Origin: an uncultured Parachlamydiaceae bacterium
GTDB taxonomy: Bacteria > Chlamydiota > Chlamydiia > Chlamydiales > Parachlamydiaceae
Length of the DNA stretch: 64,000 nt
NCBI GenBank assembly: GCA_963752155.1
Contig: CAVVXH010000015.1
Location: 96,001-160,000 of the forward strand
Direction: 5' to 3'
The notes under the pieces are model-generated. The model saw only the letters and a list, made by a program, of their open reading frames with translations, did not search any database and was not told the DNA's origin. A program made the translations under genes and the position numbers. Positions 41,492 through 51,491 of this stretch are shown here, one piece after another (position 1 is the first letter of the stretch; each line of letters starts with the position of its first letter).

Positions 41492-41909
41492 AAGATGCTA
41501 CGATATTAGGTACAAAGTATAGGAAAAAATTAAACGCAAAGCGAGACAGTTGCCTGCGGCGCCCCCTATTGGGAAATAACAAATTTTTAAAGCGCCTTGC
41601 CATTGGTGCCTGACCTGATATTCTGACATTTGACTACAATGATGACATAACCTCCCAGGAGGGCAAATGTCAGAATGTCAGGTCTGGAACCAATGGCAAG
41701 GCGCGAACTTGTTATTTAGGAGGCACGAAGGCACAAAGATCATAAAGAGATCTTACATGTAAAGTGTAATATTTTTCTTTAAATTGAAGATTCTTCGTGA
41801 AGGAGAATTCATCCAATCTAAATTAAATGAACAATATAAGTCGATTTAAGCAATAATTCCCGCTAATTTTCGTGCAGCCCAAACGTGCAAGTTATTGTTG
41901 AACAGTCCC
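41492..41909. repeat. composite D::E element (E at 41542..41722), followed by A and F fragments
   Basis: D arm interrupted after AAACGCAAAG by E; near-identical to 60361..60672. Confidence 0.9.
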
Positions 41910-42764
41910 TAATTCATACCAACAATGTTCAGATCGGTTAATAAACTGGGTAGTATATCTAAATGCTAGCCCAGGAATATCCTTAAAATCGCAGGTTTTG
42001 CTTCCTAAACAAAAGAAAGCCGAACCTGACCCTGAAAGCAATGGATACTCAAAATCCAATGCTTCAAGGCTCTTTTTAAAATGATACAGAGAAGGAAGTA
42101 ATTCGAAGGCTGATTCTTCTAAATCATTAAAGAAGATCGATTGCCCTTCCATAAATTGTTTCAAACATATCATTGGATCTCGTTTTATTAATTTGTCTAA
42201 CTTAAGATTTCGATAGACTAATGGAGTCGACAATCCTTGAACTGGCTTAAAAATCTGGAGATCTTGCTTAGGAAGCCGTGGAAGAGATTCTATCTGTTCT
42301 CCACGCCCCGTGCAGTAGGCGGTACCGCTGGAAAAGAAAAAAGGAACATCGGCTCCTATTTCTGCTGCCCAAGATGTAAGCTCCTGAATGGAAACAGGAC
42401 TCTCCGCTAAACGATTCACAGCCCACAAAGCTGTTGCAGCATTACTACTGCCCCCTCCTAGGCCTGCTTCAACTGGAATACGCTTTTCGAGCTCAACTTT
42501 TACAGAGAAATGGTATCCTGTTTTATTACGATAAAGCTCTATTGCTTTCCAAATTAGATTTGTAGGACCGGTAGGAAGATGTGGATTGGTTGAGACCAGT
42601 TGATCTGTATCGCTTTTAGTCACATGTAGAGTATCGCAAAGGGCAATTGCCTGAAAAAGAGAAGCTAGCTCATGGTAGCCATCGGGACGTTTATGTAGAA
42701 TGCGCAAAAAAAGGTTAACTTTTGCTGGGGATAATAGGGAAATGGAATTGAAAGAATGTGGCAT
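41892..42764 (-). CDS. ispE: 4-diphosphocytidyl-2-C-methyl-D-erythritol kinase
   Basis: SPAKVNLFL, DGYHEL, IPVEAGLGGGSSNAA, LSGSGS. Confidence 0.97.
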   Translation of the reverse strand: MPHSFNSISLLSPAKVNLFLRILHKRPDGYHELASLFQAIALCDTLHVTKSDTDQLVSTNPHLPTGPTNLIWKAIELYRNKTGYHFSVKVELEKRIPVEAGLGGGSSNAATALWAVNRLAESPVSIQELTSWAAEIGADVPFFFSSGTAYCTGRGEQIESLPRLPKQDLQIFKPVQGLSTPLVYRNLKLDKLIKRDPMICLKQFMEGQSIFFNDLEESAFELLPSLYHFKKSLEALDFEYPLLSGSGSAFFCLGSKTCDFKDIPGLAFRYTTQFINRSEHCWYELGTVQQ

Positions 42765-42824
42765 GATTCATAAATGATTAAATTACAGAGTTTATAAGCA
42801 AAGCCTCCGATAATAGCCAATTTG

Positions 42825-43038
42825 CTCCTAAATAACAAAATCGACTGATGGATATAAAGTATAGGAAAAATTAAACGCAAAGGCACGAAGGCCCAAAGAG
42901 ATTTTACGCGAAGAATCTTCAGTTTAAAGAAAATAAGTAACTTTTATACTTTACCTGTAAAATCTCTTTGTGCTCTTTGTGCCTTCGTGCCTTTGCGTTT
43001 AATTTTTCCTATACTTTATACCCTAATATCGCAGCACC
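42825..43038. repeat. family D fold-back
   Basis: Same arms and core as 29436..29667. Confidence 0.92.
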
Positions 43039-43061
43039 TTTCTCACCTATTAAACAACATG

Positions 43062-43550
43062 TTATTTTTCCTCAGGAGCCTCTGGCTCTTCCGTAGCACC
43101 TTCAGCAACGACCTTCACTTGGAACGATGCAGTAACACCTTCAGGAAGTTTCACAATCACATTTGTCGTTCCAGTCTTCTTAATAGGATGAGGAAGCTGA
43201 ATATGACGTTTTTCAAGCTTGATTGAAAGTTGTTCTTCAAGAAGATGAACAATATCTGTAGCAGATACAGATCCGTACATATGTCCATCGTGATCAACCT
43301 TGACAATTGTCGTCAGAATTTTTCCTTCAAGAGGAGCTGCAATTGCTTCAGCTTCTTTTTTATCGTCTGCAGCTTTTTTAAGACGCTCTTCTTTAAGACG
43401 CGCCTGCCTTCGCAAAGCATTTTTATCTGCAAATACCGCAGAACCCATTGGAACAAGGCGATTGCGCGCATATCCAGGCTTTACACTGACGATGTCGCCA
43501 CTGCGACCTAGATCATCAACATCTTCGATGAGTAGCAATTTCGTTGCCAT
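43062..43550 (-). CDS. rplI: 50S ribosomal protein L9
   Basis: LGRSGDIVSVKPGYARN, MYGSV. Confidence 0.97.
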   Translation of the reverse strand: MATKLLLIEDVDDLGRSGDIVSVKPGYARNRLVPMGSAVFADKNALRRQARLKEERLKKAADDKKEAEAIAAPLEGKILTTIVKVDHDGHMYGSVSATDIVHLLEEQLSIKLEKRHIQLPHPIKKTGTTNVIVKLPEGVTASFQVKVVAEGATEEPEAPEEK

Positions 43551-43570
43551 AATATTTCTCCTTCTCGATC

Positions 43571-43831
43571 TTAAACTTCAGAAACAAATGGCAAAAGAGC
43601 CATATGTCTAGCACGTTTGATAGCCACGGTTAACAGCTTTTGGAAATGTGCAGAGACCCCTGTGATGCGCCGCGGCAAAATCTTACCACGTTCTGTAATA
43701 AACTTTGTCAACGTATTCGTGTCTTTATAATCGATTTCCTTGACACCTGCTTGAGTAAACGGACAACGCTTTCTTTTTTTTCCTCGATCACCCGCATCAG
43801 GCAAAGAAGGTTTGGTTCTCTTTACAAACAT
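43571..43831 (-). CDS. rpsR: 30S ribosomal protein S18
   Basis: IDYKD...[14 protein letters not shown]...[13 protein letters not shown]. Confidence 0.98.
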   Translation of the reverse strand: MFVKRTKPSLPDAGDRGKKRKRCPFTQAGVKEIDYKDTNTLTKFITERGKILPRRITGVSAHFQKLLTVAIKRARHMALLPFVSEV

Positions 43832-43844
43832 ATTAACTTTCTCC

Positions 43845-44189
43845 TTATTCAACGGGTTCTAAAGCTTTAAATTCGATTTTTTCCATGACTTTATCAGTCG
43901 TGAGCGTAATAAAACGAACAAGATTTTCATTTAAGTGATATTCTTGCCAAAGTTCAGAAATGGCATCAGGTCGAACTTTGAAATAGATAACATAGTAGTA
44001 TCCTTCACGATGCTTCTCAATTTCATACGCTAAACGACGGCGTCCTTGTTCATGAATTTTTACGATTTCACCCGTACGTGAGGTAATCCCCTCTTGAATT
44101 TTCTCCAAAACCTTACGTCGTGCATCATCGCCAATTGTAGCGCTAATGACGTACATCCCTTCATACAGATTTTGCTTTGTTTGACTCAT
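43845..44189 (-). CDS. rpsF: 30S ribosomal protein S6
   Basis: [16 protein letters not shown]...EGYY. Confidence 0.97.
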   Translation of the reverse strand: MSQTKQNLYEGMYVISATIGDDARRKVLEKIQEGITSRTGEIVKIHEQGRRRLAYEIEKHREGYYYVIYFKVRPDAISELWQEYHLNENLVRFITLTTDKVMEKIEFKALEPVE

Positions 44190-44198
44190 ACTTTGCTC

Positions 44199-44789
44199 CT
44201 AGCCGTTTCTATTCATTACTTTTTCAATCGACTCAGTCATTACGTTTTTAATAACGACTGACCCTTGCTCTAAAAAGCCCTCTAACTTTTCCAATTCTTC
44301 CGGCTTAAAAAGGTCGAGGACATACTCCGCAAGAGTTGCCGTTCCTAATTCTTTGCCAATCCCCATTCTCAAACGCACATATTCCCGCGTTCCCAAATGA
44401 GCTTCTATGCTTTTAAGGCCGTTGTGGCCACCAGGGCTCCCTTGAGCACGAAGCCGCAGTTGTCCAAAAGGCAATGCTACATCGTCACACACAACCATGA
44501 GGGCATTGACCTTAAAATTAAAAAAATCCAAGTACGCTCTTACCGAGCGTCCACTCTCATTCATATATGTTAGCGGCAGTAGGAGATGAAGAGTCTTCGT
44601 CTGATATCTCCCTTTAGCCACCAGTGCGTGAAACCGCTTTTCCTCCTTGAAGGTAAAACCTAACTGGCGGGCTAGCATCTTAGCGAGGAGAAATCCGATA
44701 TTATGCCGTGTATACTCATACTGTCGACCTGGATTTCCCAGACCGACTAAAACATAATGTTCGGAGTGCTCTTCTTCAGCGTGGTTCAC
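44199..44789 (-). CDS. pth: peptidyl-tRNA hydrolase
   Basis: GLGNPG, TRHNIGF, TYMNESG, GGHNGLKS. Confidence 0.98.
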   Translation of the reverse strand: MNHAEEEHSEHYVLVGLGNPGRQYEYTRHNIGFLLAKMLARQLGFTFKEEKRFHALVAKGRYQTKTLHLLLPLTYMNESGRSVRAYLDFFNFKVNALMVVCDDVALPFGQLRLRAQGSPGGHNGLKSIEAHLGTREYVRLRMGIGKELGTATLAEYVLDLFKPEELEKLEGFLEQGSVVIKNVMTESIEKVMNRNG

Positions 44790-44802
44790 CTATAGGCCTA
44801 TC

Positions 44803-45363
44803 TTAACGCTTCGCAACGACAACTACGACCTCTTCAAGATTGGTCAAAGGTCTGACTGTTTCAGGAATATCCAAATCTTTTAAACGTCTCGAATCGCGAG
44901 GCCCTAAGTCCTTAACATCAAGTTGAAATGCTGTTGGAATATGTTCCGGCAAGCACGAAACGCGTATTGAGCGAATGACTGAACGTAGAACAAATCCCAA
45001 TTTTACTCCGACACAATCTGCTACATTAATCCATTCAATCGGCACTTTAATGTTAACTTTATGACCATCAACTAACTCTTCAAAATCCAAGTGGATCACT
45101 TGATAATTTGTCGGATGATATTGAATATCTTTTATAATTGCACGCTTGGAAACTCCCGCTTCATCGACAAGGTCAAAGATTTGATTTGACAAATGACCGG
45201 ACTTTACATTTCGCAGGAATGCGGTAAATTCGCTTTCGTTAATTGCGATATTTGTGGAATTATTTCCACGTGAGTAGATGATCGAAGGGATCGAGCCTTC
45301 ATGACGAAGACGCTTGGAATCGTTTTTGCGTTGACGATTTCTTGAAAAATATTTCAGCTTCAT
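44803..45363 (-). CDS. rplY: 50S ribosomal protein L25/Ctc
   Basis: LRHEGSIPSIIY, IKDIQYHP...HLDF; GGAGG RBS. Confidence 0.95.
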   Translation of the reverse strand: MKLKYFSRNRQRKNDSKRLRHEGSIPSIIYSRGNNSTNIAINESEFTAFLRNVKSGHLSNQIFDLVDEAGVSKRAIIKDIQYHPTNYQVIHLDFEELVDGHKVNIKVPIEWINVADCVGVKLGFVLRSVIRSIRVSCLPEHIPTAFQLDVKDLGPRDSRRLKDLDIPETVRPLTNLEEVVVVVAKR

Positions 45364-45453
45364 GTAATCCTCCACATGCTGGTCACTTTTAAGCACTGGG
45401 ACGAAATTGACGCTCTAAGAGCAGCATCGATAACGTCTGTATAAATTATAAAC

Positions 45454-45642
45454 ACTGTAGATGACACGACGAGACACCACCAAAATCAGGAATGGAAGGT
45501 CGAAAGGAATGCACTTCATAAAGTGCATAGACTAAGAAGCTAAAACTTAGCTTTGCATAGCTCTTCCCTCGGCATGCTTTCGCTGCTGACACCCAAGTAT
45601 CAGCGAGAAGAACATCTATTTGTAAACCCATAGATTTACAGT
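45454..45642 (-). ncRNA. candidate structured RNA or leader between tRNA-Gln and rplY
   Basis: Closing stem UAGAUG/CAUCUA enclosing several hairpins whose wobble pairs are G-U on the minus strand. Confidence 0.45.
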
Positions 45643-45714
45643 TTGGGGTGGAAGGATTCGAACCTCCGCATGGCGGTACCAAAAACCGCTGCCTTACCGC
45701 TTGGCGACACCCCA
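45643..45714 (-). tRNA. tRNA-Gln(TTG)
   Basis: TGGGGTG/CACCCCA acceptor stem, GCGGT-TTTTGGT-ACCGC anticodon arm, GGTTCGAATCC. Confidence 0.97.
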
Positions 45715-45829
45715 TTAGCACGCGACCTTAGTCGGCTTGCTTTGATGTCATCATGATAGCAAGCCTCTATTTTTCACGCAATCGGATTTTTTATTTTTTT
45801 TTATTTTTTCCAAAATGACCTTCAGGTAA

Positions 45830-45960
45830 GGGCAAGGACAGCAAGGACGACAGGGACAACAAGGACTACAACAAAGACAATCGTCAATCATTAGTCTTGT
45901 TATATATAATCCCTGTTGTCCTTGCTGTCCTTGTTGTCCTTGTTGTCCTTGCTGTCCTTG
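45830..45960. repeat. family C fold-back
   Basis: (AAGGACARC)n ... (GYTGTCCTT)n. Confidence 0.9.
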
Positions 45961-45961
45961 A

Positions 45962-47569
45962 TCAGCCTACAGATAAGGGAGGTAAACCTTGAACCTGTGG
46001 AGGATTTCCCCTCCCACATAAAATTATCATCCCTCGACAACCTTCATATTCACCGATAAGAGCATTGAGCTGAATATTAATACTAGAAAATAAACTACGG
46101 ATTTGAGCTTGTAAATATGAATGTCCCCTTGAATTTTGCAACAAACTACTGATTTGTTTATTATAAGTTTCTCTCATTGCGTTCAATCCTTCACTTTCTT
46201 TACAATAATCATCTTCGCTATTCATTTTAATTTTCGTTTTTAACAATGTTTCATAAAATGCTCTAGCCTCTTTCATTTGTGATTCAATAGGCCGAAGCTG
46301 TTCTTTATTGTCAAACCAATCTTTAGTGTACCCTACAAACCATCTGATATCACTTGCTGTTTTCTGATCCAAATCATCAAAATGCTCTAGCTTTGCAATT
46401 TCCAAAGCAAGTGCTGCCCGATATGTTTCCAAATCGTCAATGTCCTGCAATGCAATAAATGCCTTCTTCACTTCTACAAGTTGCCTTTTCGCATATTCAG
46501 AACGCATTTCTTTAATGCCAGTTTCAATTTTATATTTATTCATCGGATCATAAGCAATAAATTCTTGAAGTTTTTTGATTACACTTTCACAAAGTTCTCT
46601 AAACGATTCAAACTGGTCAATCTTTTTGATCTCTTCAAATATTAGATGTGATTGATAGAGTTGCCTTGATGCACATTCAGTATGAACTTCTCTAATAAAT
46701 TCTTTAATCTTGTCATTGATTTGCCCTCTTGAAAAAGGTGATGCACAGTCAAACAACGCCTTTTTAAGGTTGCTAATCTCATCTTTACAAGCAATCATAA
46801 ATGATTCAAATGGAACAATCTCTTTAATTTCATCAAATTTTTTCTTAGAGTGTGGTAATTGTCTTGACGCATATTCATATTGAATATTTTCAATAGCATT
46901 ATTGCAGTGACTTATAGATAATGCAAATTCAATAAATTTTAAAGACTTTGCATATGTTACACAATCTTTAAATTTCTGAATTTCCTCATTGCATTTAGCG
47001 TAAAGTTCATCCAAATTAGGAAAATTATCGTATTCAATATTCGAATTTTTTATTAATTTTTCGACCAATTCTTTCAAAATAGAAAAAATAACCGAATCAA
47101 TTTTAGAATTAATTTCTTGAGCTATCTCAAAATCTCTATTAAGCCTTAAATTTACTAATCTAGTAATTTCATTTATACTTTTTTCTTTATAATTAGGATC
47201 TTCTGTAACCTTTAACTGACTTAAAAAATCTCGAGAACATTTAATCATAGAATTATAATTTTCCAAGATATTATTTGATGACGCTGAAATATCCGAAGAT
47301 GATTTTGTGTGAATTGCAATAGCACCTTGACGTTGACGATAAGAAAAATAATAGAAGCTTACTGCAGAGGCCAAGAGAAGGAGGGGGATTCCTGCAGATA
47401 TAGAAAACATCTTCGACACAGCAACCATGCTACCTACTGTCAATAGGGTTTTTCCAACAATAGAAATACGTTGCAAAAGGTTCAGCTTTCCACTCACCGT
47501 CCTACCATCGATTCGACATTGATATTGAAACGGATTCACAAAACTATTTAGTATTTTCAAAGAATTCAT
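45962..47569 (-). CDS. hypothetical protein with N-terminal bilobed hydrophobic segment and helical repeats (Inc-like)
   Basis: Hydrophobic stretch at ~aa 35-76; repeated EYA.RQL...F.EIK.I..FESF. Confidence 0.7.
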   Translation of the reverse strand: MNSLKILNSFVNPFQYQCRIDGRTVSGKLNLLQRISIVGKTLLTVGSMVAVSKMFSISAGIPLLLLASAVSFYYFSYRQRQGAIAIHTKSSSDISASSNNILENYNSMIKCSRDFLSQLKVTEDPNYKEKSINEITRLVNLRLNRDFEIAQEINSKIDSVIFSILKELVEKLIKNSNIEYDNFPNLDELYAKCNEEIQKFKDCVTYAKSLKFIEFALSISHCNNAIENIQYEYASRQLPHSKKKFDEIKEIVPFESFMIACKDEISNLKKALFDCASPFSRGQINDKIKEFIREVHTECASRQLYQSHLIFEEIKKIDQFESFRELCESVIKKLQEFIAYDPMNKYKIETGIKEMRSEYAKRQLVEVKKAFIALQDIDDLETYRAALALEIAKLEHFDDLDQKTASDIRWFVGYTKDWFDNKEQLRPIESQMKEARAFYETLLKTKIKMNSEDDYCKESEGLNAMRETYNKQISSLLQNSRGHSYLQAQIRSLFSSINIQLNALIGEYEGCRGMIILCGRGNPPQVQGLPPLSVG

Positions 47570-47741
47570 TCCTTATGTTCCTCTTTATATATTACGTTTG
47601 ATTTATATTTTTCGACACCTAAACATACTTTATCACAAGCGTGAAATATTAAACAATTAATTTCTCTAGCATCTAATGAAATTATAACGATTTTTTGAAA
47701 AATATTTCGTGCCCGTGCCCATACGCATTAAGCTAAGACCT

Positions 47742-47913
47742 TATAGGAAAAATTAAACACAAAGGCACGAAGGCACAAAGAGCACAAAGAGATCTTACAT
47801 GTAAAGATCGTACTAACCAAAAAATTCAGCAATTTTTTAAAACTGAAGATACTTCGTGTAAGACCTCTTTGTGCTCTTTGCGCCTTCGTGCCTTTGTGTT
47901 TAATTTTTCTTAG
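47742..47913. repeat. family D fold-back (core inverted relative to 29436)
   Basis: Same arms; flanked by A-type (CGTGCCCGTGCCC) and TTCATGTGCCCTG fragments. Confidence 0.9.
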
Positions 47914-48033
47914 TTAACTTCATGTGCCCTGATTCCCAAAAAGTTTAATGTTGCACAAAAAAAGTTCATCGTTATATACTCAAACTTTTACGCGCTACAA
48001 AAAAATCACTAAAGATTAATTTGAGGTAAATTT

Positions 48034-51000
48034 ATGCAAAGTAGTTCTGTAGAAAGAATCAATCACTCCACATACAAAATAACATGCAACGATCAAATTT
48101 ATCTTGTAAAAATCGGTAGATCTATGCCCAGCTTCCTCCGAGGAAGGGATTCTGAAGCTAAGCAAATTCGTCGACAAGAATTTTTTTACAATTTAGTTAC
48201 AGAATTGGCAGAAGGAATTAAAAAAAATCAACGCGCAACGTCTTTTACGGTTGGATATAAAACTTGGAATGTTAGTGAATATGAAAAAAAATCCCCTTTG
48301 CTTGGGAGAATTTCTTCCTTTTTTCACAATGCGGGGTCGAGTAATGTTATTCGTCTGAAAATTACAGATAATTTTAGAATTCCTTATGAAAAATGGATCC
48401 CTATTCAAGGTTACTGGAATGCTAACGAACTTGCCGAAAATGCCTTTAACCAGCGTCATGCCCAAAGATCTTTCAATCCGGATAGGATTCTCAAAAATCG
48501 TTTTCAAGGTGTTTTAGAGGCAGAACGGTGCGGTGAATTAATTACCAGTGAGCAACTTCTTACTCCAACCTTTTCCTCCCCCTTTACAACCCTTTCTGCA
48601 AAGGCTTTTCAAAAATACGAAAAAGAATACTCAGGTAGCGACTATTTTTGCCCAGAAGCCACCCTTACCTGCCTACAATTACATGAAAATGAACTGCAGC
48701 TCATTAAAAAATCGACTTTAAAAGACAAAAATCAAATTGAGCAAACAAGGATCAATAAAAAAACAATTGATCGCTACGTCTCTCAAATTATCCAAGAGAA
48801 TGGAGAGGAAAAATTCAAATACATCTCCTATCTTTATAAGCTCGACTTCAAAGCATTATCCGATAACGGAATGCCATTGACACCAGAGCACGTTTACCGA
48901 ATGAATATTGGGTTGCAAAATATCGAAGTCGATGAGGTAAAACAACTCTTCACATCACTTAAAGACCTCTATTTGATTATAGCTTGCCAAGATCCTCGAG
49001 AGCCTCTAATCAATGCCCTCTCTCAAATTTCAAGCCGAACATTCCCCATCAACCCATTGCGTGGAATTATTCAAATTCTTCAGAGAGAGAAAAAAAATAG
49101 CAATGTTCCCTTAAGAGTAGAAGATTTGCAAAAATGGCTTCAAACTTTTGAACAATACAACACGAAATCCATTTCTCAATTACCCCCCCACCCTCTTAAC
49201 CTTTTGACAGAAGTTTTAACATTATCAAAAGAAGATCAAGCAAGGAATTTTACTGGAAGAAGAATTGATAAAGTGATCAAAGCCGGGGGCTACACCCTAG
49301 CAGAAGGAATTGAACAAAAACCCTGGATAGATCAACAAGAACTCTTGCATTTTTTTTCTGAACTAGAAGAGGCCTCCAGTTTTCACAGCTATTACGAAAA
49401 ATTAGCTCACGTCCTATGCAAAAAGCATCTATTTCGGCAGCACCCCATTTTGGGTTGCAAGACCGGCGCTATCATTCCAGCCCCTAGAGATCTCAATGGA
49501 AACAAACGTTGGTATCAGGTTGAGGAAAGCATTTACAATGGATACGGAAAAGTTTGTTATTCATTGACTCCATTAGGTAATGATAAATCTCTTCCTCACA
49601 TTAAACTCTACAGAAGTACAGCATCTAATAAAGCGAATGCATTTAATGCTAAAAGTGTACGCAATGATGCTAATCCTTTAAATTGTGCGGGTTATGAAGG
49701 AAAAAATAGATCTGAACAATACGAAAATCCTTTTATCCACAAGCGAACACTTCTCGTATGGGTTGCCTATCTCATGCAAGCCCAAAAATGTTTAAATGAA
49801 TTCGGGGGAAGTCCCAGCCAAGAGCAGCTTGCTAAAGTTCATTCCTTGCTAACCAAAGCCAATCATGAGCTCAAAGCCACTGAAAGTGATTCCACTAAAA
49901 TCCTGACTTTGGGCGATATTATGCGAAAACATGATGGTATTTTAAATACATTTTTTTCGATTAAACAATTTGATGCAACTTTTTTTAATAAACTTCGATC
50001 CAACCATATCCTCTCTAAAACTACCGATAAAGAAAAAATTAAGGCCGATGCAAAAGCTATGTTGAATCTTCTTCCTGACTTTGATTCTGAATTAGTACGT
50101 ACAGGGCTCATAAAGAAATACAACACAAAACTCATCGACCAATGGACACTCGAAGTTAAAGCTTTACGTAAAGAAATAAATGATCATCTATTATCAAACG
50201 CAGCAGAAGTAAAAAGAAATGAAATACTCGATAATTTAAATGATGAGATTTTTTCAAAATCTCATTCAATGAATGTTCATTCAAATTATCTAGAAGTAAC
50301 AAATTTGATTAAATGGTCAAATATTCTACATATGCATGCTGAAAAACTTAAGGAAACGATTGAATTTAAAAATCCTGGAGATTTGGTCTATCTTGGTCAT
50401 AGCTTAGGAGGAGGACTTGCACAAGTGGGCGCCAGTGACCTTATCAAAAGCCACAGAGTCCCCTGTCCATCTCATAAATTCTCTACAATTGCTTTTGACG
50501 CTCCAGGGATCCATCAAGAAGATAACATCCTGTACAATGAGTTCATCAAAAAGCATCATGAACTCTTTGTTGAACAAGACATTAAGTTTGAAATTTATCA
50601 TCAACACGAGGCTCATGATCCCGTTCCTGCCGGAGGCATTCACCTTGGTGGTGCTAACAGCAAAGAAGAAGCCAATATTTTGAAAAATTTAACTCATTTT
50701 AAATTTACTGGTCTTGTGATGTCACGCATGAAAAATGTTAATCATCCCGACATTCGCGATGTAAAGACTGTCCACGAAACTCGGTTTCTTGAAGGCATTG
50801 AAGGGCTAGACTATGAGGCTAAACGTTTTTGTCCTAAAAAACTTGGTATTTTGGAGCTAGGAAATCAATTTAAAGGAATCACTCCTCATAAAGCAGAAGA
50901 TAAATCTGGAAAGTTGAGTGACAAATTCTGGCAATATCCCTTGAGACCCTCTACAGCCAATAGATTACAAAAAAGCACTTGGGTTTACTGGGCTTTGTAC

Positions 51001-51102
51001 TGTTGGTTTGGAGAAGAATGGGTTATACAGGACCCTCGCTACACAAATGAAATAGATTCTGCAGGGATGCTATGTGCTAGAAACGATGGTCTGGCTAAAT
51101 AG
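48034..51102 (+). CDS. 1022-aa protein with C-terminal alpha/beta-hydrolase (class-3 lipase-like) motifs
   Basis: LGHSLGGGLAQ nucleophile elbow, FDAPG, HDPVP, distal His. Confidence 0.7.
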   Translation: MQSSSVERINHSTYKITCNDQIYLVKIGRSMPSFLRGRDSEAKQIRRQEFFYNLVTELAEGIKKNQRATSFTVGYKTWNVSEYEKKSPLLGRISSFFHNAGSSNVIRLKITDNFRIPYEKWIPIQGYWNANELAENAFNQRHAQRSFNPDRILKNRFQGVLEAERCGELITSEQLLTPTFSSPFTTLSAKAFQKYEKEYSGSDYFCPEATLTCLQLHENELQLIKKSTLKDKNQIEQTRINKKTIDRYVSQIIQENGEEKFKYISYLYKLDFKALSDNGMPLTPEHVYRMNIGLQNIEVDEVKQLFTSLKDLYLIIACQDPREPLINALSQISSRTFPINPLRGIIQILQREKKNSNVPLRVEDLQKWLQTFEQYNTKSISQLPPHPLNLLTEVLTLSKEDQARNFTGRRIDKVIKAGGYTLAEGIEQKPWIDQQELLHFFSELEEASSFHSYYEKLAHVLCKKHLFRQHPILGCKTGAIIPAPRDLNGNKRWYQVEESIYNGYGKVCYSLTPLGNDKSLPHIKLYRSTASNKANAFNAKSVRNDANPLNCAGYEGKNRSEQYENPFIHKRTLLVWVAYLMQAQKCLNEFGGSPSQEQLAKVHSLLTKANHELKATESDSTKILTLGDIMRKHDGILNTFFSIKQFDATFFNKLRSNHILSKTTDKEKIKADAKAMLNLLPDFDSELVRTGLIKKYNTKLIDQWTLEVKALRKEINDHLLSNAAEVKRNEILDNLNDEIFSKSHSMNVHSNYLEVTNLIKWSNILHMHAEKLKETIEFKNPGDLVYLGHSLGGGLAQVGASDLIKSHRVPCPSHKFSTIAFDAPGIHQEDNILYNEFIKKHHELFVEQDIKFEIYHQHEAHDPVPAGGIHLGGANSKEEANILKNLTHFKFTGLVMSRMKNVNHPDIRDVKTVHETRFLEGIEGLDYEAKRFCPKKLGILELGNQFKGITPHKAEDKSGKLSDKFWQYPLRPSTANRLQKSTWVYWALYCWFGEEWVIQDPRYTNEIDSAGMLCARNDGLAK

Positions 51103-51106
51103 GCGT

Positions 51107-51181
51107 TCACGGGGTAAAGCAAAAAGGCCATTGCCATTCTGCTGCGCAGAATGGCAATGGCCTTTTTGCTTCACCCCGTGA
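51107..51181. repeat. 36-bp-stem near-perfect hairpin
   Basis: TCACGGGGTAAAGCAAAAAGGCCATTGCCATTCTGC-TGC-reverse complement with one mismatch. Confidence 0.9.
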
Positions 51182-51364
51182 CGTAATTTAAAAACACGCA
51201 TCTAGGGGTTACTCAGGCAACTCAACTGCCTGTCAGATATGGGGGGAAGAAAGGGAAGTTTTAATTTATATTTTCGTGAACGCTTCCATTTTCTTCTTTT
51301 CGATTAAAAAAGAATGAGGTAACATCCAATATGCAGCTTCCGTGCAAGAAAACTAGCGAGAAGT

Positions 51365-51460
51365 CAGCAATTCCCGCTAATTTTTGTGCCCGTGCCCGTG
51401 ACCGAAAATTTGTAAAATCTACGAAATTTTTCGGGCACGGGCACGAAAGTTTAGCGGGAA
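51365..51460. repeat. short palindromic family A element
   Basis: CAGCAATTCCCGCTAA...CACGAAAGTTTAGCGGGAA. Confidence 0.85.
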
Positions 51461-51491
51461 GTAGCGGGATTATCTGTAATTAAGGATTATT

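Noticed and set aside
41379..41603. N-terminal extension of GatC, and the ORF 60237..60464 with the same start
   Set aside because: MARRFKNLLFPNRG derives from the E/D repeat read on the minus strand
45446..45721. 91-aa ORF
   Set aside because: Overlaps tRNA-Gln
51350..51470. TSD around the short family A element
   Set aside because: Right end is degenerate; no exact flanking duplication
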